NCBI GenBank assembly: GCA_016866935.1 | Contig: VGKS01000001.1 | Span: 1-50,014 of the forward strand | Source of the DNA: Candidatus Pacearchaeota archaeon | GTDB lineage: Archaea; Nanobdellota; Nanobdellia; Pacearchaeales; GW2011-AR1 | Reading direction: 5' to 3' | DNA length: 50,014 nucleotides | Shown here: one piece after another, positions 18,056 through 26,149 of the stretch | Layout: the number at the start of each line of letters is the position of its first letter | Numbering within the stretch: position 1 is the stretch's first letter | Position numbers and translations under genes: made by a program | Notes under the pieces: generated by a model | The model's input: the letters and a program-made list of their open reading frames with translations, nothing else | Database searches by the model: none | What the model was told of the DNA's origin: nothing

Positions 18056-18063
18056 TATAAATA
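18056..18063 (-). promoter_or_regulatory. TATA box heading the 18034-12007 operon
   Basis: TATAAATA on the plus strand (TATTTATA in gene sense), with its centre 25.5 nt upstream of start 18034. Confidence 0.55.
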
Positions 18064-18072
18064 GATTATTGT

Positions 18073-19743
18073 TTAATTTTTAGATAATATTTTTCCAACA
18101 TAACCCTTCTTGAAATTGGGTTTTAGTTCTTTGAAGATATACTTATTCCACATTCCTTTTAGATTAAGATTGCTATCAAAAACGCTTTGTATGAATAGCA
18201 AATATGTATATAATGAAGAGTAGATCTTTTTCTTCCATCTTAATGACCTAAGGACGTTTTCATAGAGTGGCAAGAAAGAATGCTCTGCTAATTTACTGTT
18301 TACTTTAACCCCTTTTATTTTAACAAATGGGTATGAAACAAAAGATAGATCACCGTATATCCACCCTAGACCATCTTTATAATTTCTAAATTTTTCATAG
18401 TTTTTTATGAAGTATTGCTTTCTGACAAGCAGAGTTTCAATCCTTAACAGATTAACAAATTCTTTTCTTTCGAGAGTTTCATATGAATGCTTGGTTTGAA
18501 GGACCAAATAATTGCCTAGAAAAGATGACTCAACATAATAATCGCAGCAGCTTGCATTTTTCTTGCTATTATTTAAAGACAGCACCTGGAAAGTTTCCTT
18601 GAATTTAAGGTCTTTTGATTTCTTGCTTGCAAAACTTACGAAATCAGCCCCGTCAAGCTTGGGAATTATTTTATTTAGATCTTCATTCAATTCAGAAACA
18701 CTTATATGCGCTACATTCATTTCAGAGGATGTTGGATAAGCAAACTCTTTTTTCTTGCCTTCCATTATTATTTTATTGAATGCGTTTATTATCAACGAAA
18801 CAAGAGAGTAATTCTTTAGACTTTTCTCATAGATATTTTTAGCAATTCTTTTCCTTTGAGGTTCATTTTTAAGATAGAACATTATCTTTTCAAGCAAATC
18901 TTCTTTTGTCTGGAAGGTAGCTATATCTTTTCCTTCTGTAAATAATTCGTAATAACCTTTGCTAAATTCTACAAGTGAAAAAGATTTCGTGAAGCTTATT
19001 TCAGGAAGCCTGTCTAAAACATGAGTCTTTCCCTGATAATTCTTAGAGAATACTATATTTATTTTACTCTGATTGATTATTTTCTTGAATTCCTCATCTG
19101 AGACTTTTCCGCCCCAGATTTTCTTGAATTCCTCGTATTTCTCCCAGCCACTTCCAAATATCCTTACTTTAATCCCATTTTCTACCAGGTATCTGATATA
19201 CTCTGCCCTGTCTGATTTAACTGTTCCAACAAAAGTTACATCGTATATCCTTTCCAAGTTTAAAGGCTTAAAGACCTCGGGATCTGCTCCAAACATCAGA
19301 AAAGCTTTCATCCCGCGTGAAGAATATTCCTTTAGATAATCTGGCTGTGTGGTAAAAAAATAATCTATTAATGGAAAAAACAATAGATTATAGTCATAAA
19401 ACATGTTGTCATCATCCCCGTTAAAGTTGATGAACTGGGTTTTTGGAGAAACTTCTTTTATCTTTAGAAGAGTATCTATATAAAATTCCTCATAAATCAA
19501 CTGGGTAAAGAGGTAATCTGGTTTCTCTTTTTCAATCACTGCGAGAAACTTTCTGTTCATCTCATCCTTGCCTTCATTGTAAAGCACTTCCTGAGGATCA
19601 AAACTTACTACTTCACGAAATAGTTTTCTAAGAGGAGCATCCCACATCTGATACATATGATAGAATTTGTTGTGGCATGTCCAAACAGCAAACATAATCT
19701 TCTTGTCAAACTTCTTGATCATATTTTTTCGATGGTTTATCAT
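18073..19743 (-). CDS. CgeB-like glycosyltransferase (GT1-type fold) with C-terminal extension
   Basis: YDVTFVGTVKSDRAEYIRYLVENGIKVRIFGSGW and the downstream region resemble the CgeB/DUF3880 plus Glyco_trans_1_2 layout. The last roughly 200 aa are unassigned. Confidence 0.5.
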   Translation of the reverse strand: MINHRKNMIKKFDKKIMFAVWTCHNKFYHMYQMWDAPLRKLFREVVSFDPQEVLYNEGKDEMNRKFLAVIEKEKPDYLFTQLIYEEFYIDTLLKIKEVSPKTQFINFNGDDDNMFYDYNLLFFPLIDYFFTTQPDYLKEYSSRGMKAFLMFGADPEVFKPLNLERIYDVTFVGTVKSDRAEYIRYLVENGIKVRIFGSGWEKYEEFKKIWGGKVSDEEFKKIINQSKINIVFSKNYQGKTHVLDRLPEISFTKSFSLVEFSKGYYELFTEGKDIATFQTKEDLLEKIMFYLKNEPQRKRIAKNIYEKSLKNYSLVSLIINAFNKIIMEGKKKEFAYPTSSEMNVAHISVSELNEDLNKIIPKLDGADFVSFASKKSKDLKFKETFQVLSLNNSKKNASCCDYYVESSFLGNYLVLQTKHSYETLERKEFVNLLRIETLLVRKQYFIKNYEKFRNYKDGLGWIYGDLSFVSYPFVKIKGVKVNSKLAEHSFLPLYENVLRSLRWKKKIYSSLYTYLLFIQSVFDSNLNLKGMWNKYIFKELKPNFKKGYVGKILSKN

Positions 19744-19766
19744 TTGAATACCCTACTAGAAAGTAA

Positions 19767-19772
19767 TTTAAA
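19767..19772. promoter_or_regulatory. Single symmetric TATA element shared by divergent genes
   Basis: TTTAAA is the only TATA-like element in the 50-nt spacer 19744-19793. Its centre is 26.5 nt from start 19743 (-) and 24.5 nt from ATG 19794 (+). Confidence 0.5.
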
Positions 19773-19793
19773 CGTTACCATACAGTGTGGACT

Positions 19794-20567
19794 ATGCCAA
19801 AATTGACTAATTTTCTTAAATTAACGAGATCCATACATAATTGGCCAAGCTACCTTATAGATTACTGGTTTAATAAGAAAGGAGTTTTTTCTTACAAAAC
19901 AACTGATGGAAACAAGTTCTTTATAGACTCGCGAAGCGACGATAGGTTCATACTAAATGAAATTTACGTGCATAATATTTATACCAATGGAATATTTAAG
20001 ATAAGAGAGACCGATACTATTGTAGATATAGGAGCTCACATAGGCATATTCTCTATGTATGCTGCTAAAAAAGCAAAAAATGGGCTTGTTTTCTCATACG
20101 AACCTGCTCCTAAAAACTTCTCTCTTTTAAAGAAACACACTGAAATCAACAATATAAAGAATATTAAAATATTCAATTTAGCTGTTGACAATAAAAAAGA
20201 ATTAAAGAAGTTCTATGTTGCTAGAAGTGATAGGCATAGCGGAAGACATTCATTTTACAAGCCAGAAGAGATTTCTGATGAGATAATTGTAAAGTCAACT
20301 ACTTTGGCCAGCATACTAAAAGATAATGGAATAAAAAAAATAAACCTCCTTAAATTTGACTGTGAGGGAGCTGAATATAGAATACTTCTAAATTGCAAAA
20401 AAGAAACTTTGGACAAAATAGACAGAATAACAATGGAATACCATAACCTGGATCAAAAGAGAAATGTATCTGTACTTTCTGAATTCTTAGAAAAAAATGG
20501 ATTCAAAACATTCAAACCAAAACAAGTTTATCCTACTGGAATGTTTTTTGCAATAAAAAGATACTAG
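19794..20567 (+). CDS. FkbM-family methyltransferase
   Basis: IVDIGAHIGIFSMYAAKKA and LKFDCEGAEYRIL motifs. The ORF track starts at GTG 19785; the first ATG at 19794 fits the TATA spacing. Confidence 0.75.
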   Translation: MPKLTNFLKLTRSIHNWPSYLIDYWFNKKGVFSYKTTDGNKFFIDSRSDDRFILNEIYVHNIYTNGIFKIRETDTIVDIGAHIGIFSMYAAKKAKNGLVFSYEPAPKNFSLLKKHTEINNIKNIKIFNLAVDNKKELKKFYVARSDRHSGRHSFYKPEEISDEIIVKSTTLASILKDNGIKKINLLKFDCEGAEYRILLNCKKETLDKIDRITMEYHNLDQKRNVSVLSEFLEKNGFKTFKPKQVYPTGMFFAIKRY

Positions 20568-20624
20568 ACTCTTATTTGCTTTATTTCTTCGTTTATTACC
20601 CAATTCCTATCTAAAAATATAGCA

Positions 20625-21632
20625 TTATCCGTGAGATGAATGAGACATAGAATCTATATTCTTTTCATACCAGTTTATTGTTTTTTTTAAACCTTCTTCC
20701 AATGTATGCATCTTATTTTTAGAGGTCCAGCCAATTTCATTCTTTGCCTTGGTTATGTCTAGTACTTTATTTTTTACACCTACAAATCTGTTTGTATTAT
20801 AAACTATTTTTCCTTGATAACCTGACATTTTCTTTATTGTCTCTGCAAGCTCTTTTATTGTTGTTTCAATTCCTGTTCCTATATTAAGTATATTGCCTTC
20901 GAAATTTTGAGCAGCCATGAGCAATCCATCTATTTGGTCTTCTACAAAAATTAGCTCTCTTGTCTGAGTTCCATCTCCCCATACTTCAACTTCAGGCAAG
21001 TTATTCTTTTTAGCATTACAAAACTTTCCTACTAAAGCAGCTACAACATGAGCAGTCTTGATATTGAAATCATCGTGAGGGCCGTAAAGAGTTGCAAACA
21101 TAGGCATTGTACCCCTCAATTTGTATTGATCTTTGTATGCCTCTATTCCAACTCCCAATAAAAGCTTAGTAAATCCATAAGAGTATACGCTGTCGTGCAA
21201 AGGTCCATGATGTAAATCTTCTTCTTTCAGTTTAGGAATCGCTCCAGGATAACAACAACTGCTTCCTACTGCCACAAACTTTGCCTGTGACTGAAAATTT
21301 CTCCATGCTTCAAGAGTATTAACGTGAATTGCATTGTTTACATGAAATTGCAAACCCGTATGATGCATAGGCCAATCTGCTGCGTGCTGAAGTGCAGCCA
21401 TATGGATAATGAAGTCATATTTTACCCCTTCATGCTGCATAACTTTGTCTGCTTCTGCCTGCTTGGTCAAATCAAATTGTATTGGACCAGATTTGCTTCC
21501 AAAAACAAAATAATGTGCTCCAAGATCTTTTAGTTTATTTGTTAGATTTTTGCCTACAAAACTAGTTCCTCCGGTTATTAGAATCTTTTTTCCTTTCCAG
21601 AAACCTTTATCCATAAAAAGATATTTAGACAT
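20625..21632 (-). CDS. NAD-dependent nucleotide-sugar epimerase/reductase (extended SDR)
   Basis: KILITGGTSFVGKNL Rossmann motif and YSYGFTK (YxxxK). The ORF track starts at TTG 21635; ATG is the next codon, at 21632. Confidence 0.8.
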   Translation of the reverse strand: MSKYLFMDKGFWKGKKILITGGTSFVGKNLTNKLKDLGAHYFVFGSKSGPIQFDLTKQAEADKVMQHEGVKYDFIIHMAALQHAADWPMHHTGLQFHVNNAIHVNTLEAWRNFQSQAKFVAVGSSCCYPGAIPKLKEEDLHHGPLHDSVYSYGFTKLLLGVGIEAYKDQYKLRGTMPMFATLYGPHDDFNIKTAHVVAALVGKFCNAKKNNLPEVEVWGDGTQTRELIFVEDQIDGLLMAAQNFEGNILNIGTGIETTIKELAETIKKMSGYQGKIVYNTNRFVGVKNKVLDITKAKNEIGWTSKNKMHTLEEGLKKTINWYEKNIDSMSHSSHG

Positions 21633-21661
21633 CAATATATAAAGTTTATTATAAATTAAAA

Positions 21662-22462
21662 TTACTTGCGGATAGGCTTATAATCAAACATTGGATCTGA
21701 TTCGTAATCTGCATATGATGCCCTGACTGGAGTTACAAGCCTGACTGCACTGGATCTTTCTGGATGCATTATAGGGTGACTCAAACCAAGAAAGTTGCTC
21801 ATTACGAAAGGAGTTGTATGCGCGGTCAAATAAGACTTATTTCTCTCTACTTCTCCTTCTATCCCGTTAACTAATTGATTCCTTGTAAGGACTCTTGATC
21901 CTCCTTCTGTTACTAATCTCATACCCTTTGCCAAATAGTGTTTAACTCTTTCAATTTCTTCTTGAGGGATTACAGAATGAAATATGCTAATAAGCTCTGC
22001 TTGGGCTCTTGTTACTAATCCCGTATTTTTTAATTCCATTCTTTTCTTTTCTGGCAATGAAGCTACAAATTCTGCTTCTTTCAGACCCTTTCCAACACCG
22101 CCAAGATACTCTGCTAAAGAGATTCCACCGTTAGAAACGTGGAAATCAGCGTAAGGTCTTGCCCCTGCTAAAATTGCATCTCTTATTCTGTGAATTTCTT
22201 CCAATGGTGCAAAAGGAGTAGTGGTGTCTCTCAAAGTTTCGCCGTGTGGAGCTTCATTATGAAATTCTTCACATACTTCTCTTTGCCATGTTTGCCATGG
22301 AGTGGTGTCTTTAGGAGTGGGATTACCTCCAATTACATTTGCAGACAATCTGTAAGGTAAAACAGGATAAGTGAGGTCATAACGAGAAAATAGAAATTCG
22401 TCTGTTTCTGCAGATTGTACGACTGCGGCACTTGGATGATAATTAACTACTAATTTGTGCAT
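21662..22462 (-). CDS. Hypothetical protein with degenerate Nudix-box-like motif
   Basis: 266-aa intact ORF. GGNPTPKDTTPWQTWQREVCEEF (aa 45-67) approximates GX5EX7REUXEEXGU with a 1-residue shift. Its A/P/R/T-rich composition is unlike the K/I/N-rich neighbours. Confidence 0.5.
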   Translation of the reverse strand: MHKLVVNYHPSAAVVQSAETDEFLFSRYDLTYPVLPYRLSANVIGGNPTPKDTTPWQTWQREVCEEFHNEAPHGETLRDTTTPFAPLEEIHRIRDAILAGARPYADFHVSNGGISLAEYLGGVGKGLKEAEFVASLPEKKRMELKNTGLVTRAQAELISIFHSVIPQEEIERVKHYLAKGMRLVTEGGSRVLTRNQLVNGIEGEVERNKSYLTAHTTPFVMSNFLGLSHPIMHPERSSAVRLVTPVRASYADYESDPMFDYKPIRK

Positions 22463-22474
22463 AATTGATTGCGC

Positions 22475-22972
22475 TTATTTTGAGTTTATAATCTTTTCTA
22501 TTATTTTTGAAGTAGAGATGTTTTCGAAACCTGCAGGGGCTATCCTATTAAGAACAACTATTGAAACACCAAATTTGTCTGCTATAAGTTTTCTTCCTTC
22601 GATATCAAAAGAGTCATCATTTATAATATAACTGTTTGGTCTTAATTCCATAAACATCTTTTCAATTCCCTTATGACTTTTTGGAGCATCTGAAATGTTA
22701 TCCAAAAGACAATAATCTACTGGTTTGAAGGAATCTACAGTCTTTAGACGAATATTTTCATTAAGAATTGGTCGACTATCCCCTTTATTCATTTTTGTTA
22801 ATTTGTCTGATCCTACTAAAACTACCAAAATATCCCCTTGGGATTTACAATCTTCAAAAAAGAGGATGTGGCCTGCATGTGTTAAATCAAAACCTCCCGA
22901 ACATGCCACTATCTTCTTTTCAGGGTATTTTTTTCTTAGACTTTTTAGCTCTTCAAAACCAGATAAGATCAT
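22475..22972 (-). CDS. Cytidylyltransferase-family (HxGH) nucleotidyltransferase, RfaE-domain-II/TagD/RibL-like
   Basis: ACSGGFDLTHAGHILFF (HxGH), VLVGSDKLTKMNKGDSRPI and KPVDY motifs. The ORF track starts at TTG 22990; ATG 22972 lies 25 nt from the TATA centre. Confidence 0.7.
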   Translation of the reverse strand: MILSGFEELKSLRKKYPEKKIVACSGGFDLTHAGHILFFEDCKSQGDILVVLVGSDKLTKMNKGDSRPILNENIRLKTVDSFKPVDYCLLDNISDAPKSHKGIEKMFMELRPNSYIINDDSFDIEGRKLIADKFGVSIVVLNRIAPAGFENISTSKIIEKIINSK

Positions 22973-22993
22973 AAAAATTTTACCTGACAATCA

Positions 22994-23000
22994 TTTATAA
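22994..23000 (-). promoter_or_regulatory. TATA box of the cytidylyltransferase-like gene
   Basis: TTTATAA, with its centre 25 nt upstream of ATG 22972. Confidence 0.45.
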
Positions 23001-23020
23001 TGTTTACGGTAACCAATTAG

Positions 23021-23028
23021 TTTATATA
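23021..23028 (+). promoter_or_regulatory. TATA box of the SDR/fusion gene pair
   Basis: TTTATATA, with its centre 25.5 nt upstream of ATG 23050. Confidence 0.55.
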
Positions 23029-23049
23029 CGCTTATTTCAGATTAAAATC

Positions 23050-24006
23050 ATGTTTAAAGAAAAGGTATTAATCACCGGAGGAGCTGGCTATATAGGAAGC
23101 GTTATTACAGAGCATTTACTATCTGCAGGATACAAAGTAACATGCCTGGACAATTTAAGCCTGGGACAAAAGTCACTATTTTCCTATGCACATAACCCAA
23201 ATTTTAATTTCATTTATGGAGATGTAAGAAATAAAGAATTGATGGAAAAAGTAATTCCTGAATTTGATGTAATCATACCCCTTGCCGCTATTGTGGGTAT
23301 GCCTGCATGCGATGCAAAACCTATGGAAGCTAAGTCAACTAATTATGAGGCAATTGTAATGCTTGATAAAATTAGAAAACCTCATCAAAAGATAATCTAT
23401 CCCACTACAAACAGCGGTTATGGAACTAAATCAGGAACAGTATTCTGCACGGAGGAGACTCCTTTGGAGCCAATATCATTATACGGAAACACAAAAGTGA
23501 ATGCTGAAAGATATTTGCTTGAATCAGGAAAGAATGGCAAGCCGGCAATTACATTGAGACTTGCCACTGTATTTGGGACTTCTCCAAGAATGAGGACTGA
23601 CCTCTTGGTTAATGATTTTGTTCTGAAGGCGATGAGAGATGGGTACATTATTATTTACGAAAAAGACTTCAAGAGAAACTATATCCACATAAGAGATGTA
23701 GCACGATGCTTTGAGCATTGCATCAAAAATTTTGATGCTATGAAAAATGAGCCTTACAATGTAGGACTAGACGATGCGAACCTCTCAAAGGCAGAACTTG
23801 CTGAGAAAATAAAAGGATATATAAAAAAGTTTGAGATTGTATACAAAGAAGTTGGAGAAGACCCTGACAAAAGAAACTATATCGTATCAAATAAGAAAAT
23901 AATTAATGCGGGATTCGCTCCAGTTTATTCATTAGATGACGGAATAAAAGAGCTTATCAAAGGCTATAGCCTTTTAATGAAAAATGATCCTTACAAAAAT
24001 GTATAA
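23050..24006 (+). CDS. NAD-dependent nucleotide-sugar epimerase/dehydratase (extended SDR)
   Basis: VLITGGAGYIGSVI and YGNTKVNAE (YxxxK) motifs. TAATG overlap with the downstream gene. Confidence 0.8.
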   Translation: MFKEKVLITGGAGYIGSVITEHLLSAGYKVTCLDNLSLGQKSLFSYAHNPNFNFIYGDVRNKELMEKVIPEFDVIIPLAAIVGMPACDAKPMEAKSTNYEAIVMLDKIRKPHQKIIYPTTNSGYGTKSGTVFCTEETPLEPISLYGNTKVNAERYLLESGKNGKPAITLRLATVFGTSPRMRTDLLVNDFVLKAMRDGYIIIYEKDFKRNYIHIRDVARCFEHCIKNFDAMKNEPYNVGLDDANLSKAELAEKIKGYIKKFEIVYKEVGEDPDKRNYIVSNKKIINAGFAPVYSLDDGIKELIKGYSLLMKNDPYKNV

Positions 24007-26120
24007 TGGAATCAACACTACAGGATAAACCCTCAATAAGATCTGCTTTAGAAGAAAAGAATAAGAAAAAGTTAGATGTAAGTGCCTTAATACTAGCAGG
24101 AGGATTTGGGACAAGGTTAAGATCTGTAGTAAATGATGTTCCAAAGCCTATGGCTTTAATTGCAGGAAAACCATTTTTAGAACACCAAATAAGATACCTC
24201 AAAGAACAGGGAATAACAAACATTGTTATTGCAGTCCACTATGAATCTGATAAGATAAAATCCTATTTTGGAGATGGAAGATTATGGTATGTTGATATAA
24301 CTTATTCTGACGAGGATATCCCGCTAGGGACTGCTGGAGCAATAGCAAATGCAAAAAAGTATTTTGATGATACATTTATAGTATTAAATGGAGACACTTA
24401 TTCTCCGCTTGACATCGAAAAGATGCTTGAATTTCACAAAGCTAAGAGAAGCAACTTTACCATGGCCCTTCACAAATCCGAAGATGTTTCAGAATATGGC
24501 AAAGTATTGCTTGAAGGGAACAAAATAACTGGATTAATGGAAAAAGAGCATATAGGAAACGGCTTCATAAATAGAGGAATTTACATTTTCGAACCAAGGA
24601 TATTCAATTATATAGAAGAAGGAAAAAATGTTTCTTTAGAAAAAGAGATATTTCCTTTGATAATAAAAGAAAACTCTCTATTTGGATACTTTGACGAATC
24701 TTATTTTATAGATATAGGGAGACCTGAAACTTATTACAAGTTCAAACAAGATATGATAAAGTCAATTTTTGTCAAAAAAGATTTGTCTATAAAAGATGCA
24801 CTCTACAAGATAGGGGAAACAGGAATCAATCTTATACTTGTAGTTGATGAAGAAGGAAAACTAAAGGGTGTATTCAATGAAAGATTTGGAAGAGATCATT
24901 TCCTAAGAGGTGGAAGCGTAAACGACCCTGTTGAAAAAGCAATGATTATCGATCCAGTTATTGGCCGAACAGATGATGAAAAGTTAAAAATAGATGAATT
25001 ATTAATGTCAGGAATAAACCATCTTCCAATTGTAGATTTAAACGGTGTTGTCAGGGATGTAGAATTCAGAAAGGAAAAAATTACAAATTCCACCTCTACC
25101 CCTATAGTAAGGGGTCGTGCTCCATTAAGAATAAGCTTCTCTGGAGGAGGAACTGACCTCCCTAGCTTCTTTGAGAAACATGGAGGGGTTGTAATAAGCG
25201 CAACAATTGACAAATATTGCTATGCTACTTTAGTAAAGAGGGCTGATTCCAAAATAATAATAGATTCTGACATGACTGAAGAAAATGACGTATTTGTGGA
25301 TAGTATAAAGGACCTTAAATATGACGGCAACTTTGACCTTATCAAAGCAATAATAAAAGTTATTAAACCTGATTTTGGATTTGAGATATATCTCCATAAT
25401 GATGTACCTCCTGGAAGAGGCCTTGGTTCCTCTGCAAGTCTAAGCGTTTTATTGATAAGTATGTTTGCCCAAATGCAGGACTTAAAATTTGATGATTATA
25501 AGATAGCAGAGCTTGCTTACAAAGCAGAGAGAGAAGAACTAAAAATAAAAGGTGGATGGCAGGATCAGTATGCTGCTATAACAGGTGGTTTCAATTTCAT
25601 GGAATTTAATGGTGACAAAACCATAATTTACCCTCTTAGACTTAAAGAACACATTACGTACGAGCTAAATGAAAGAATGATGCTCTGTTATGTTGGCAAC
25701 GACCACAGCTCTGCAGAACTCCATGAATCCCAACAGCAGTCGATTCAACAAAATGAAACAGAGATTGTAAACTGTCTAAATGAAACCAAAAAATTTGCAG
25801 TAGAGATAAAAGACTATATCCTCACTAACAATCTTGATGCAATAGGAAGCATACTCCATAAATCTTGGATGAATAAAAAGAAACTTTCTAACAAAATGGC
25901 TAATCCAAGAATAGACAAGTTGTACGAAACAGGCCTAAAAAACGGAGCCCTTGGCGGAAGGCTCCTAGGAGCAGGTGGCGGAGGATACCTATTATTTTTC
26001 TATTCTCCAAGAAAGAGAAACCAGTTAAGGAGAGCTTTAGAAAAAGATGGAGGAAAAATACTTGACTTTAATTTTGAATCTGGCGGAACAGTAGTTTGGA
26101 AGGTAAAATCTAAATTTTAA
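24006..26120 (+). CDS. Fusion of sugar-1-phosphate nucleotidyltransferase (HddC/ManC-like), CBS pair and GHMP sugar kinase (HddA/fucokinase-like)
   Basis: aa 25-248: LILAGGFGTRLRS..PKPM and LGTAGAI (NTP_transferase). aa 255-356: two CBS-like repeats. aa 368-704: RAPLRISFSGGGTDLPSF..GGVVISATIDKY, PPGRGLGSSASLSV and GAGGGGYLLFF (GHMP kinase, COG2605-like). Confidence 0.8.
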   Translation: MESTLQDKPSIRSALEEKNKKKLDVSALILAGGFGTRLRSVVNDVPKPMALIAGKPFLEHQIRYLKEQGITNIVIAVHYESDKIKSYFGDGRLWYVDITYSDEDIPLGTAGAIANAKKYFDDTFIVLNGDTYSPLDIEKMLEFHKAKRSNFTMALHKSEDVSEYGKVLLEGNKITGLMEKEHIGNGFINRGIYIFEPRIFNYIEEGKNVSLEKEIFPLIIKENSLFGYFDESYFIDIGRPETYYKFKQDMIKSIFVKKDLSIKDALYKIGETGINLILVVDEEGKLKGVFNERFGRDHFLRGGSVNDPVEKAMIIDPVIGRTDDEKLKIDELLMSGINHLPIVDLNGVVRDVEFRKEKITNSTSTPIVRGRAPLRISFSGGGTDLPSFFEKHGGVVISATIDKYCYATLVKRADSKIIIDSDMTEENDVFVDSIKDLKYDGNFDLIKAIIKVIKPDFGFEIYLHNDVPPGRGLGSSASLSVLLISMFAQMQDLKFDDYKIAELAYKAEREELKIKGGWQDQYAAITGGFNFMEFNGDKTIIYPLRLKEHITYELNERMMLCYVGNDHSSAELHESQQQSIQQNETEIVNCLNETKKFAVEIKDYILTNNLDAIGSILHKSWMNKKKLSNKMANPRIDKLYETGLKNGALGGRLLGAGGGGYLLFFYSPRKRNQLRRALEKDGGKILDFNFESGGTVVWKVKSKF

Positions 26121-26149
26121 AATCTATTTAATTATTATTTAAATCAAAA

